Below, one piece after another: positions 40,863 through 54,922 of a stretch of 64,000 nucleotides of DNA. Every line of letters starts with the position of its first letter. Position 1 is the first letter of the stretch. A program made the translations under genes and the position numbers. Source of the stretch: the human T2T-CHM13v2.0 reference genome, Homo sapiens; NCBI RefSeq assembly GCF_009914755.1, contig NC_060938.1. The stretch is one strand, 5' to 3'. The notes beneath the pieces are model-generated. The model ran no database searches. It saw only the letters and a program-made list of their open reading frames with translations, and was not told the DNA's origin.

Positions 40863-42984
40863 AAGTATCTGTATTTTGAGGTCATGGTTTTCTATATAGC
40901 TGTGCATGAACCCATGTATGAAGTAGTTAATTTATGTATTCAGCAAACATTTATAAGTGCAAATATACCAAGCATGTTGCCAGAAGTATGAATGAAACAG
41001 GCAGATACAGCCCCTGCTCTCATGAGCACATGGTCAGTGTGTGAGGAAGAGACACATTGACTAACCAGTTGCAGGGATGGTGGCCTGTCGTCACAGTCAG
41101 TGCAAAGCCTCCTGATGTCTAGGGGCAATAGTTAGCTTGAGTGCCAGGTATAGGAAGGCGATTTAGATATCTCTCTCCAGTCTCTGAAGAATCTCTGTAA
41201 ATTCTCCAACCTATATTTATGTTCAATGAGCTCCTAGCTTTTATTCAGTCATCAGCACTTCAGTCCTTTCTGATGTGGCTTATTTGATCAAGTCCAGTTT
41301 TCTTAAAAATAATATTTTTTTCCCTTGTGAGGTAGGAGTTTTGCTGAAGAACCTCATCTTTGGAGTGGTAAGAGGGCTGGCTCAGAAGTCACTTGACCAC
41401 TGTAGGACCAAGGAAGAGGCTGGAAAGGTGGAGTTTGAAACATGCTCTTTTTAGAGAAGCTGTGAAGCTTGGTCATGGCCTGCACACTCTAATTTTTGGT
41501 GGTTGTCAAGCCCTGCACTACGTTAAACAGAATAGTTTTTTCCTCAATTAAAAGTGCTTTTCAATGGTTATTATCATTTTTGCTTTACAAAACTCTCATA
41601 GGTTGAAGTCCATATTCTTTTAAAATTGTTGAGCAAGGTGGGATCCATGGAGCTTAAATTGAATGACAGGCTCTGTGGTTCTTGTATTTACCTTAAATAA
41701 TTTCTTATTTGCCCGTGCTAAGTCATGGGATTGGTTTGATTGCAGAGTAGGCTCTTTAATTAAATGAGTGGGTGTGAAGCTGGGCCCATACTGGATTTAC
41801 TCCACTAAGGCATAGTTAGGCCTGTATCTTTTTATTTACTTATTTATTCATTTTAAACCTGTATCTTAAAAGCATTTTATGCATCTTTGAATGGAGTCAA
41901 ATAATCATAGCTGGTGAAACATCATAGAGGTGACTTGTTTTGATTTCTTTAGTTTTTATTTGGTAATGAGATTTGTTTGAAGGTACATCTAGATGTGGGA
42001 AAGCAAATCTGTAGCACTGATTTGAATGTTTTTCATTCATGTTTTCACTGTGTTTCTTTCTTTTATTTTTAGAAACAAGTCTCCTCTTCTTAATTCCTGT
42101 AGCACATTTCCAGAAAGTTTGCCCCCTTAGCTTCTGGGGCTCCCTGATAAAACAGTCACAGCCAGCCAATGGCATGTGTGCTTAGTTAGTTGATGTACTG
42201 CAAGAAAAAAAAAACCCATATATGTGGCATAAAGTTGGGTTCATAAGCTGCATGTCTGAACAACTAATCTTTTTCATAGAGAGAAAACTGTATTTCATAT
42301 AATTATGTACCCTAACAATTCAAATCCATTTGTTCACTACTGTTGGTGCATGACTCGTTGAAATGGATTTTTTTCTGTCAGGCTGCACTGTGGGTATGTA
42401 TACACATTGAAGACAGTCTTAAATGCTTCCAAAGTTTAATTAGTGGAACATTACAGACACACAAGAAACCCCCTTGTGGTAGAGTTCTCTATTATGCTGC
42501 TCGCTCGTGCCTGATTTGCTTCAAATGTGGTTTCTCCACTTTAGAGAGAAACTGGTATATAAGGTGGCTCTGGGAATTAGTGGAACCTCTTAACATTTAC
42601 ATAGAGATATAGGCACGGTATAACTAATACATAGATCCTGTTTGATTTAAAATATTGTCACTTTTGTTTCCTATTTTGCAAAACCCCAAAAAGTAATTTG
42701 GTGGACAGAGCCAAAGGGAGTCCACAAACCATAAGAACAAATCACCCCCATCTGATGGTATTGTAGTTACAGAGTATTTAACAATCCCATGTGACTCCTA
42801 TATGCCAAAGCTCTTGTGATCTCAGAAACAATCAGTTGTTTATTTCAGTAAATTACTGGGCAGTGAGCTGTGGAAAACAATTCTGGCTTTGTTGCTGGGA
42901 AAAGCTGAGTTTAAGGCATGGATCTCTGCTCATTAGTTATGAGATCCTGAACACGTTTTTTTTTTTTCTTTCTTCACCTCTGTA

Positions 42985-43112
42985 AACTTTTGTTCATCTG
43001 TAACATGGGGCTAGCAATAGTACCCATCTGTGAGGGGGTTGTAAGGATTAAATGGAACAGTGTGGGTAAAATATTTAGAAGAGGCCCTGGCACATAGGCA
43101 GCGCTCAACAAA
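42985..43112 (+). mobile_element. MIR
   Basis: ttcatctgtaacatggggctagcaatagtaccca...gttgtaaggattaaatg...cctggcacatagg. Confidence 0.7.
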
Positions 43113-44260
43113 TGTGGTTTTGCTTCTATCAGCCTCTCAGTTGCCTAACTGGGCCCTGAAGAAAGAGGACCTTCGCTGTAAATTTGCTTGTGGTTTTGCT
43201 TGTGCAGAAGTTTGCCTGCCTGAGAATGGAAAGCTGTGGCAGACATTAACCCATGTTCTCAGAGCAAGGGGGACCCTTAGGGGGAGCAGGATGTGGATGG
43301 AGAATGCTTTGCCAGGGATCAAAAGACATGGACTCTGGTCCAGGGTTCAAAACTATGTGACTTGAGATTTTCTGGGTTAGTTCCTCTCTCTCAGTGCCTA
43401 GCACACAGTAGGAATTTGTAAATATTTGTTGTCTAGATTAAAGAATTAATCCGTGAAATGAAGTGATTGGATGGAACCATTCAATCCATATCCTCTTACA
43501 GGGCTCCCCTTCCTAATGGAGAAAGTTCCTTAATGAATGGACATCTGCTGTCTGTCATGTAGAGCTTTCTATGGACACTTCCAGTTGCTCTGATTGTCAG
43601 GGGCTCCAGTTTTGGGTGGTAGCATGCTTCTGGGAATGGTAGTGGTTTAAGGAAGAAGTTTGAGAGGAGTAAAGAGATGGCTTTGTCAGAAGATGCTAAA
43701 AAAAGAAGTAGAATGCTTCCATAGGCAATCAGCCCTGTACTCTCCATTGTCCCCAAAGCACAGGCCTGCTCTATCTCCTTGGCATTCTCCATAGCTAGGA
43801 CTTCTCCATAGTCCAATCAAACTCTCCCTTTTATGTTTATTTGAATCCTTTGGTAATTCTTTTTCTCTTCAGGATTGCCCTTGGAATTTTAACCCAACAG
43901 CACAAAACGTCTTCAACGAGGGCAAGTGTAGGGGAGGGGAGCAGTGAGATGATTTAACTTCATCATGAACTATTAGGAATGCATCTGGGCCCTAAGGAGT
44001 TTCCAGGGCTGATGGTGCTGCTTTCTTTCTACTCTTTTAGGGTTGCCCATAAGAGCAATTCATGAGAAGTTGTTCTCGTGTGCTGTGCTCCAGTGTAATT
44101 TGAGGTGGATTTCTTCCACACTCATTATACTTGGGTATGTGAGGTTGCCAGGATCATCACAGAACTTGAGCTGTCTCGTTCTTCAACTTTGGGCGACTGA
44201 GGAAAAAAGGAGCTAGAATGGTGAGAAATGAATTTTGGACAGGTCTGAGGAAGTCAGAAG

Positions 44261-45306
44261 TGAATTCACCTTTGCAAAAATTATAACTCAGAACATTATT
44301 ACAGTGAAAGAGATCCGACTTAAATGACTCCATCTTGCTTCTGACCTTCAGGCTGCGCTTGTTCTTTCCTGGGTGTAGGTGAAATAACTTTTGGAGGAAC
44401 TTAGTTTATAGTTTACCTTTGAAACAAAGTTACAGCTGACAATAACATCCCTTTCCCCAAACAAATCCTCTTCCTGCCTAGGGACTAGACAGCCTTTGCA
44501 GGATTAACAAATTAGCCACAAAATTTGAAATTATGGTTTAGGAGTCATGCAGCTGGAGGCTGCAAGATTCTGAACCTCCCCAAATTGCTCCTGGGAATAA
44601 CATCACTATTGTAAAACCTAAGATTAGGGCTTGAGATATTTTGCAGACCTTGTACTCAGTGGGTCAGCTGGCACCACTCAGATCGATAAACTGGCTCATG
44701 TGGTCTTATGGCCCCCACTCAGGAACTGACTCAGCACAAGAGGACAGCTTTGGCTCCCTATAATTTCATCTCTGACCTGACCAATCAGCACTCCCCACTT
44801 TCCAACCCCCCTACCCACCAAATTATCCTTAAAAATCCCAATCTCTGAGTTTTGGGGGAAACTGATTTGTGTAATAATAAAACTCCATTCTCCCTTACAG
44901 CCGACTCTGCGTGAATTAAATCTTTCTCTATTTTTTTTTTTTTTTTGTCTGTTTGTTTTGAGACAGAGTCTCACTCTGTCGCCCAGGCTGGAGTCTTGTT
45001 CTGTCTGCCAGGTTCAAGCGATTCTCCTGCCTCAGCCTCCCAAGTAGCTGGGATTACAGGCGCCTGCCAGCCACCACACCCAGCTTATTTTTGTATTTTT
45101 AGTAGAGATGGGGTTTCACCATGTTGGCCAGGCTGGTCTCTAACTTCTGACCTCAAGTGATCCACTCACCTCAGCCTCCCTAAGTGCTGGGATTACAGGT
45201 GTGAGCCACCGTGTCCGGCCTAAACTCTTTTGTATTGCAGTTCTCCTGTCTTGATAAATCAGCTTTGTCTAGGCAGCAAACAAAGAGAACCCATTGTGTG
45301 GTTAAA
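44261..45306 (+). mobile_element. Solo LTR8A-like ERV1 LTR, interrupted by an Alu
   Basis: cctttgcaaaaattataact...cagtgaaagagatc...gactccatcttgcttct; the LTR resumes after 45220. Confidence 0.8.
44931..45220 (-). mobile_element. AluS with an internal deletion/duplication in the right arm
   Basis: Antisense dimer in which about 40 bp are replaced by gagtcttgttctgtctgccagg. Confidence 0.9.
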
Positions 45307-45329
45307 GCAGTTTAAGAAAATAAAGTTGA

Positions 45330-45570
45330 GATAAAACATAGCATGATATTTAAGACTTACTGTGTATCAGGTATTGTATAAGCTTCTAAAATACATCACT
45401 ACTCTCAATCTTCAAATTATCTTATGACACGAGTAATGTAGATATCCTTATTTTACAGATGACAAAACTGAGGCACAGAGAGATGAAGTAAGTTGCCTAA
45501 GGTCACACGGGAAGTGGCAGAACTGGGATTTAAACTTAGAAAGTCTTGCTGCAGAACATGCGCTTTCGTA
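45330..45570 (-). mobile_element. MIR
   Basis: ttttacagatgacaaaactgaggcacagagagatgaagtaagttgcctaaggtcacac. Confidence 0.8.
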
Positions 45571-46039
45571 CAGCTAGCATTTAGGGAAATGCCATAGCGA
45601 TACTCTGGTTGCCTTCAGCTCGGGCAGCATAGGACCAAGTCTTGCAGGGTTCCTGCACCTTGAACAATATCCAGAATTATACAGAAACATTTGGACCTCC
45701 ACGAGAGCCAAAAATAGACCAGCAAGGGCAAATGACTCCTGTATCTACTTCTGAATGCGTGGTGTCCCAGGCTGTCATTTCTATTAGAGATGTACTTGCC
45801 TTCCTAGGGTCATAGTGCGGTGCTTCAAGCCACACCTTCACTCTTCTACCCCGCTGCCCAACCACTGTCAGCTCCAGCCATCACCATTCTACGCCATTTC
45901 ACTCCACAGCAGCTGGAATGGCTGACAGTGTTCCAATAATTGTCTTAGTTTTGGCGAGTGTTCCACACTCAAATACATCTGCTCTTTGTTCTCAGTGCCT
46001 CCCAGAAAATTCCACGATAGATAAAAATAATGTCTAGGT

Positions 46040-46875
<836 letters not shown>

Positions 46876-47168
46876 GTATTGTTATCCTGGTTTTAAGGAT
46901 GAGAAAAGTGAGATTTAGAATGTGTACCTTCAGGGCTCTGACAGGAAGCAGGATTCAACTTGAGTGGTTTGAACAGAGATTAAGGATGGAGGGCTGGTGT
47001 AAGGGCAGGGTTAAGGACAAAGTGCTCATGTAGGGTTTTTTTCCCAGGAAGCTTGGCAGTAAAGGGAAGGAAATCAACTGGTGGCTGAAAGTAGCCTGGG
47101 GGTCAGGAACCTGAATATATTGGTGGGCAGTGGGAAAGGAACCAGTAGAATGGAAAAGATCAATGTTA

Positions 47169-47512
<344 letters not shown>

Positions 47513-50500
47513 GCATGGCCTGAGGGGAGAGGATGTTTCCTCTGAGATGGGGGAAAGCGATAAAGATGTGTGTGGAGGTGGTCAGTGTGTGATGTGTGTG
47601 TGTGTGCATGCCTGTGTGAGTGTGTGTGCATGAGTATGACTAGGCTTGAGGGAACTCATATCTTCTCTGTGAAGTGGGAGACGAGGTCTTGTTCTGAGAG
47701 AGAAGGGGCCATTTCCTGCACTAGTTTGAGGAGACCCTGTGTGAATCAGTGAGGGAAAATGGTGAGTAGATGTGGGGCAGGGCTGTGTGTAGAGTGAACA
47801 TCTTGACTGCTTTAAGTCTCTCTGCTTTGTTCCTGGGCACAAGGTGGTCAAATTGGAGAATCACTGTGGTCTGGTAGGAAGTTGTAGTTTTTGATGAGGA
47901 ATATCCTATATTAGATACAGTTTGGTAAAGAACTTCCTTAGAGTAAAATCTGGACAATGGCATCATATCCTGAACAAGCACATAATATTTGAGGCAGTAA
48001 AATGGCATGATAATTTCTTTGTCCTTTGGTAGAAGCTGCACCCTGGACCCTGGGCTGAAGCCCACATGTTCCCCTGGTTGCTTTGAGAGAATGAGACCGT
48101 GTACAATAGAGTGTCCAGCTTTCGCTTCACTAACTCAAGCCCCTGTTCAGAATTCACATGTGGGAAAATTATTTGGAAGATGCCAATAAGGTTAGAGCTG
48201 ACTGCCAACAGTTCTGTGTATTGTATGCCAGACAGCCTGGAAAGGTGGGGACTTGGCCTGGGGGACTCAAGGTGCTTGTCACCTACTCAGCAGGCTCTGG
48301 CTGGCAATGCCCAGGTCCCTGGGACATTGCCATCTGATAATCATCTCCACATTAGCTGGCTTTGCTGGCCAAACCATCAGGCCAGCTGGTGGCTTCTCTT
48401 TGGCAGCTGTTTCAAGAAAAGGATTTCTTTTACAGAGACAATGGATTTTTTCATCCATGTTTGAATGGATTTGGGGGTCTCTCCAAGAGTGCTGAATTGT
48501 CCAACTTAAAAAAAATAAGTGAACAGGGACACATAATTTTTGACCTGCCTATAACTTCTGACTCTACGTCTACAGAGTTAAAGTGCTCCACTTTGTACCT
48601 GCTGTATGTAACCATTTCTGAATGATTTTTTCATGTTGGGATATCATGTTGTATATAGGCAGGGGATGATTTTAGAAGCATTATTAAATGTTATCACAAG
48701 TTTCACAGAAAGATTTATATTCACATAAGATAATATGGTATAATGCATGAATTACTAGATATTTAATTACATAATTTTTTATATAAATTCATTAAATACT
48801 TTTATATAAAATTTTTAACATTTTTTTCTTAACTTGAGGAATAACCAGGCCTTCTTGGGAGAATAACCTGTTCTGAACACTGTTTCTTTTTAACAGAAAA
48901 AACAAACTTGATTATCTAATCATTTATTAAATAGAAAGAAAAAATTAAAATTTAGTTAATGGAACAATCATCTGCTTTAGGTTTGTCATATATTTCTGGC
49001 TAAGGTAGTATATTGATTTTGCTTTGGAAAAAACTTTATTAAATATATTTTCTAGTTATAGGCAAACATATAAAAAATAAGCATGCATGAAAAAAGTCCT
49101 CATAGATGTTGTTAAATGGAAAAAGCAAGTTATAAAATAATACATATCGTGTGATTCCCAAACTTATAAAACAAATAAGTAATATATCTACATACAGATA
49201 TACAGAGATGCATTTGCATGTATCTAGGTGTGTAAAAAGTGATTGGAAGTAATGCTGAGATTTTCATTTCATTTATTACTGACTTTCTTGCATTTACTGT
49301 TTTCCTGGATACAGGTACTTCTCATGTGTGAGCAGATGGGCGTAGGTTCTTAAAAATAAAGAGCATGATGCTTCTCAGATGAGGGTGGTAACTGAGACCT
49401 CTTGATGAACTTAAAGTGCTGGATGTCACATTATTTTCCAGGAGGAGTTAATGACGCAAAATTGGAGGCCTGAAATAATTGAACCCTCTTGTTTTCCTCA
49501 AAATAAAAAAAATGTGTATGCAGGGTATTCATTTATTTCTAGTTGTTACACTGTCGGCACTATATATTTGAGGGTTGGATAAAATTTACATAATCAGAAA
49601 AAATTATTAAAAAGTAAAGGAAATTTCCAAGTGATGACTACAAACAATTTGTTAACCTATGGAAAATGTACCTGATTTTAAGTCAAACAAATCGCATTCA
49701 CCGCATTAAGAGGTACTCTCATGAGATGATGGTTAAGGAAATAAAAATGGAGAGAGGCCAAGGATGAAACTGAACATGTGGCACACATTGCCACTGTGTG
49801 TCTCTGGCTGGTCTTACACCCATCACAAAGGTGCATGTCTTGGGGTGTGGCAAATTGTTACAGGGAAGATACTAAGTGCTGAACAGATTCTGCTTTATAT
49901 AGCAAAGACATTTTATTACAGTCTTGGAGCCAATGTAGTCTGATTATTTGAAGACTTAAAAACACACCCACAATTTAAAGCAGGCCGGAGGGATGCATGT
50001 GGTGAGATATCAAGCCCAAGGCAATTTATTGGCAGAATTAAATTCTGGCTAATTTCCTTAGTGCCAGAGTGTCCAGTGCTCTCATTAACTGCACTAGTTA
50101 GCAATGGAAAATTCGTCTTTCAGTGCAAGGCACTTTGCTGAAGTGGAGCCAGCCTCCTGAGAAGTGCCTGGAAGATTGGTTTGGAGTATTCTGAAGTGGT
50201 TTGGGGCTGCCCAGAGTCTCATGGGCATGGTACAGTGACTCCTGTGAGGGACTCCTTTGGCCTCAGAGGTAGGTTCTGAAATGAGGCCTTGTGCTCATGC
50301 CAGGCCCTGTTGCTAAGACAGCTTCTGTGTGTTACTGTGTGGGAAAAGGAGGTTCAGCTCCATGGCCCACCTCCCAATCACTGGGAGAGGAATGTGAAAG
50401 GCAGAGCAGGGGACCTGGAGGAGGAATGCGCAGTGATGGAAGTGCAAAGGCAGGAGATGGGTCTGGGAAAGACTCCAGTCACGGTCACTTCCAGGGCAGA

Positions 50501-50842
50501 AGAAGCCATAGTCAAGGGTAATTGCAAGCCAGGGAGCATGCAATTTATTGAGTTCAGGCATTTTGGGAAAGCGTAAAGAAGTGAAGGATTGGGACATGAG
50601 GCAAAGATGCCAAGGTTTGCTGCAGTGAGATGCGGGAAGGGTAAGCTGGGGTGTAATGGTTGGGAGGTAAAATCAAAATGCCTTTGGATTTACAGGGTGA
50701 GTGGTTACCCATGCAATGCAAATTTTAGAATGTTCTCTGTGATGACTTCTGCATTTTTACCCAACAAACTCCCATTATCCTATTGTGTTTTCTGTTTGCT
50801 AATGTAATCAACAAAAGGAATGCCTTTATTAAGTGACACTGA

Positions 50843-51205
<363 letters not shown>

Positions 51206-51343
51206 TTAACTTCAGTCTCTAAATTGACTTAACAGCTTAATGCAATGAGATGGGGTGGAGATTAGGGGCTATGGACAACTGGACTTTGTCCATATTGGAG
51301 AACATGGCTGTCAAAGAGATATGCATATCTCACCCTTCCTGTA

Positions 51344-51727
51344 TGCTATGGTCTGAATTATGTGTTCCTCCCAAATTCACATGTTGAAACCTAATTACCA
51401 AGGTGATAGTATAAAAGATGGGGCCTTTAGGAGGTGATTAATCATGAGAGGAATGCCCTCATGAATGGGATTAGTACCCTTTTAAAGGGCTTGAGGAAGG
51501 CAGTTTGGCCTCTTTTTTGTCCTCTTGCCCTTCTGCCCACTGCCTTTGAAGACACAGCGATAGGCACCATCTTGGAAGCAGAGAGCAGCCCTCACCAGAC
51601 ACTGAGTCGGCTGATGCCTTGATCTTGGACTTCCCAGACTCCAGAACTGTAAGGAATAAATTTATGCTGTTTATAAATTACCCAGCCTCAGATATTTTGT
51701 TATAGCAGCACAAATTGGACTAAGGCA
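51344..51727 (+). mobile_element. MaLR solo LTR (MST/MLT1A-like)
   Basis: tgctatggtctgaat...gccttgatcttggacttccc...ttgttatagcagcaca...ggactaaggca. Confidence 0.85.
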
Positions 51728-51779
51728 CTACGGTAAAACACATGGCAGAAACACTTTGGATTTATCCTGTAGGAGTTCA

Positions 51780-52161
<382 letters not shown>

Positions 52162-52234
52162 TTATGTATTACTTCAGGCATTGGGATGATGCCATCCTGG
52201 GATGCGAGAAACTCTGAGATGAAAGAACAAAATG

Positions 52235-52502
52235 GGTCAGGTGTGGTGTCTCACTCCAGTAATCCCAGCACTTTGGGAGGCTGAGGCGGGCAGATCACTC
52301 CAGGTCAGGAGTTCGAGACCAGCCTGGCCAACATGGTGAAACCCCATCTCTACAAAAAATACAAAAATTAGTTGGGTGTGGTGGCGTTTGCCTGCAGTTC
52401 CAGCTACTCAGGAGGGTGAGGCAGAAGAATCGCTTGAACCTGGGAGGCAGAGGTTGCTGTGAGCTGAGATTGCACCAGCCTGGGTGACAGAGCGAGACTC
52501 TG

Positions 52503-52553
<51 letters not shown>
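52235..52553 (+). mobile_element. AluS whose tail is a perfect (CA)~25
   Basis: The dimer ends gactctgt and is followed directly by (CA)n at 52504-52553. Confidence 0.92.
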
Positions 52554-52557
<4 letters not shown>

Positions 52558-53299
52558 ACAGGATGGTTTGAGACATGGGATATCGTTGGAGCTAACGAGA
52601 GAGAGTGTGATTAGAATACCTAGAGTACAACCAGAGAGTCACAAGAAGAGAAAAAAGAAAGGAAGATTTGGAAAAGTTAAAGATTCTGCTAGGAATTGTA
52701 GTGTAGCTGTGAGAAACTGAACAAGTTAGAGTAGACTTATCAGTAGATGTCTGGAGGAACCAAGTAGAATGATTTATTTTATATGCCTAAGAAAATGGCT
52801 GTAGAAAATAAATACAGGAAATAGGAGTCAGGATAGAATAGGGAGTCATCCTTCAAAGGATCCCCCAAGTCCACAAGTTACCAGAGAGAGCGATTTCATC
52901 TATTCTGATAGACATGCTGTTTTAGGATGAGAAATTCCCTTAGTGAATATGGCATGTAGTGAGCTATGAACAGCCAGATGGTAAAATTTTAATGTTTATA
53001 TACTATTTACTTATTTACTCATGCTCTGTGGTTAAAGAGGCTCACATTCTCACTTACTTTTTGCTGTATGTTGCTTCTGTCTCTGTAATTCTTTGTGTGT
53101 TAAAATGCAACCTTTTTTCAAGATATCAGTGTCCTTGCCCCTCTAATAAGCTTCCCTAGCTCATAGGAAAGAAAGGGCAATCTTGTGGCTAGAGTTTTGT
53201 CTGATGCCATTGGAAAGTATAAACAACAGTTTGGGCAAAGTATTATGAGGAGTCTTTCAGTAACATCTAGTTTGCAGATTTAAATATAATAGGGAATTT

Positions 53300-54378
53300 T
53301 CTTTTTTAAATAAGATTCCCCCCAGCTCTATTAAGGTATAAATGACATGAAATTATATATATTTATTGTATACAATGTGATGTTTTCGTATATATATATA
53401 TGTTGTGAAATGATTAAATCAAGTTAATTAACACATACTTACATTTTTGTGGTAAGAACATTTAAGATCTACATTCTTAATTTTAAAGTTTGTATTATTA
53501 TTAACTGCAGTCACCATACTGTACAAGAGATCTCCAAAACTTATTCATCCGACTTAACTAAAACTTTGTACCCTTTAACCAACATCTCTTCCCCACCCCC
53601 ACCATCCCGGCCCTTTGCAACCACCATTCTACTCTCTGCTTCTATGACATTGACATTTTTAGATTCCACATATAAGTGAGATCACGCAGTATTTGTCTTG
53701 CTATGTCCAGCTCATTTCACTTATCATCGTGTCCTCCAGATTCATTATGATGTTGCAAATGGCAAGATTTTTTTTCCTTTTCAGGCTGAACCGTATTCCT
53801 ATGTACATAAATGCCACATTTTCTTTATACATTCATCCTTTGATGGACTAGATTGATTGATTCCATATCCTGGCTATTGTGAATAATGCTGCAGTGAACC
53901 TGGGAGTGCAGATATCTCTTTGACATAACTGATCTCATTTCCTTTGGATAAATACCCAGAAGTGGGATTGCTGGATCATATGGTGGTTCTATTTTTAACT
54001 TTTTGAGGACCCTCCAAACTGTTTTCTATAATGGCTGTACTGATTTTCATTCCCGCCAACAGTGAACAAGGGCCCCCTTTTCTCCATATCCTTGCTAACA
54101 ATTGTTATCTTTCATCTTTTGAATAATAGCTATTCTAACAGGTGTGAGCTGATATCTCATTGTGGTTTAGATTTGCATTTCCCTGATGATTAGTGATGTT
54201 GATAATTTTTTCATAGACCTGTTGGTCATTTGTATGTCTTCTTTTGAGAAGTATCTGATCAGATCCTTTGCCCATTTTTTGATCAAGGTGTTTTTTTCCT
54301 TGCTACTGAGTTATTTGAATTCATTATGTATAATTACTTTGGATATTAACCCCTTATCAGATATATGGTTGGCAAATT
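53300..54378 (-). mobile_element. L1MA-type 3' fragment
   Basis: Antisense 3'UTR and ORF2 end (aaatacccagaagtgggattgctggatcatatgg...atcagatatatggttggcaaat). Confidence 0.88.
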
Positions 54379-54464
54379 TGCAACATGTAACAAGCCATAC
54401 AGGGCAAGGTGGCATCATTGAGTAGTTCTAGGCAAGAATCTTCTGACTCCTTAGCCTGTGTCAG

Positions 54465-54922
54465 AGTGTGGTTCTAGGACCATCTGCATGAGAATAACCT
54501 GTTAGAAGATATATTACACGTGAAAAGCCTTCTTAAAAATGCAGATCCCTAGACCCCAGTCCTGCTGAGCAAAAATTCTTGGGAGTGAGTCTCAGTAATC
54601 TGAGTTTGCGAACTTTCCAGATGATAATAATCCACAATAAAATGTGCAGATCCCCACCTTAAGGGAAGGAAGAGGATACAGAATACCTTGCCCCCACTTC
54701 TTATTGCAGCCGGGTCTGCTGTGAATTCTCTCGGTTTTGGAGACCACATTTTAAATTCTTGCTATCAAAGCATGGTCCGTGGACCAGCAGCATCGGCATT
54801 ACCTAGGCATCTGTTAGAAATGTAGCATCGCAGGCCCCATCCCAGACATACTGAATCAGAATCTGCAGTTTAACAAGATTGCCAGGTGATGTGCATGCGC
54901 AATTAAAGTCTGATGAGCACTG
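54465..54922. mobile_element. Two MER5-type hAT remnants (~54465-54650 and ~54760-54922)
   Basis: ggtccgtggaccagcagcatcggcattacc...ctgaatcagaatctgcagtttaacaagat. Confidence 0.7.
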
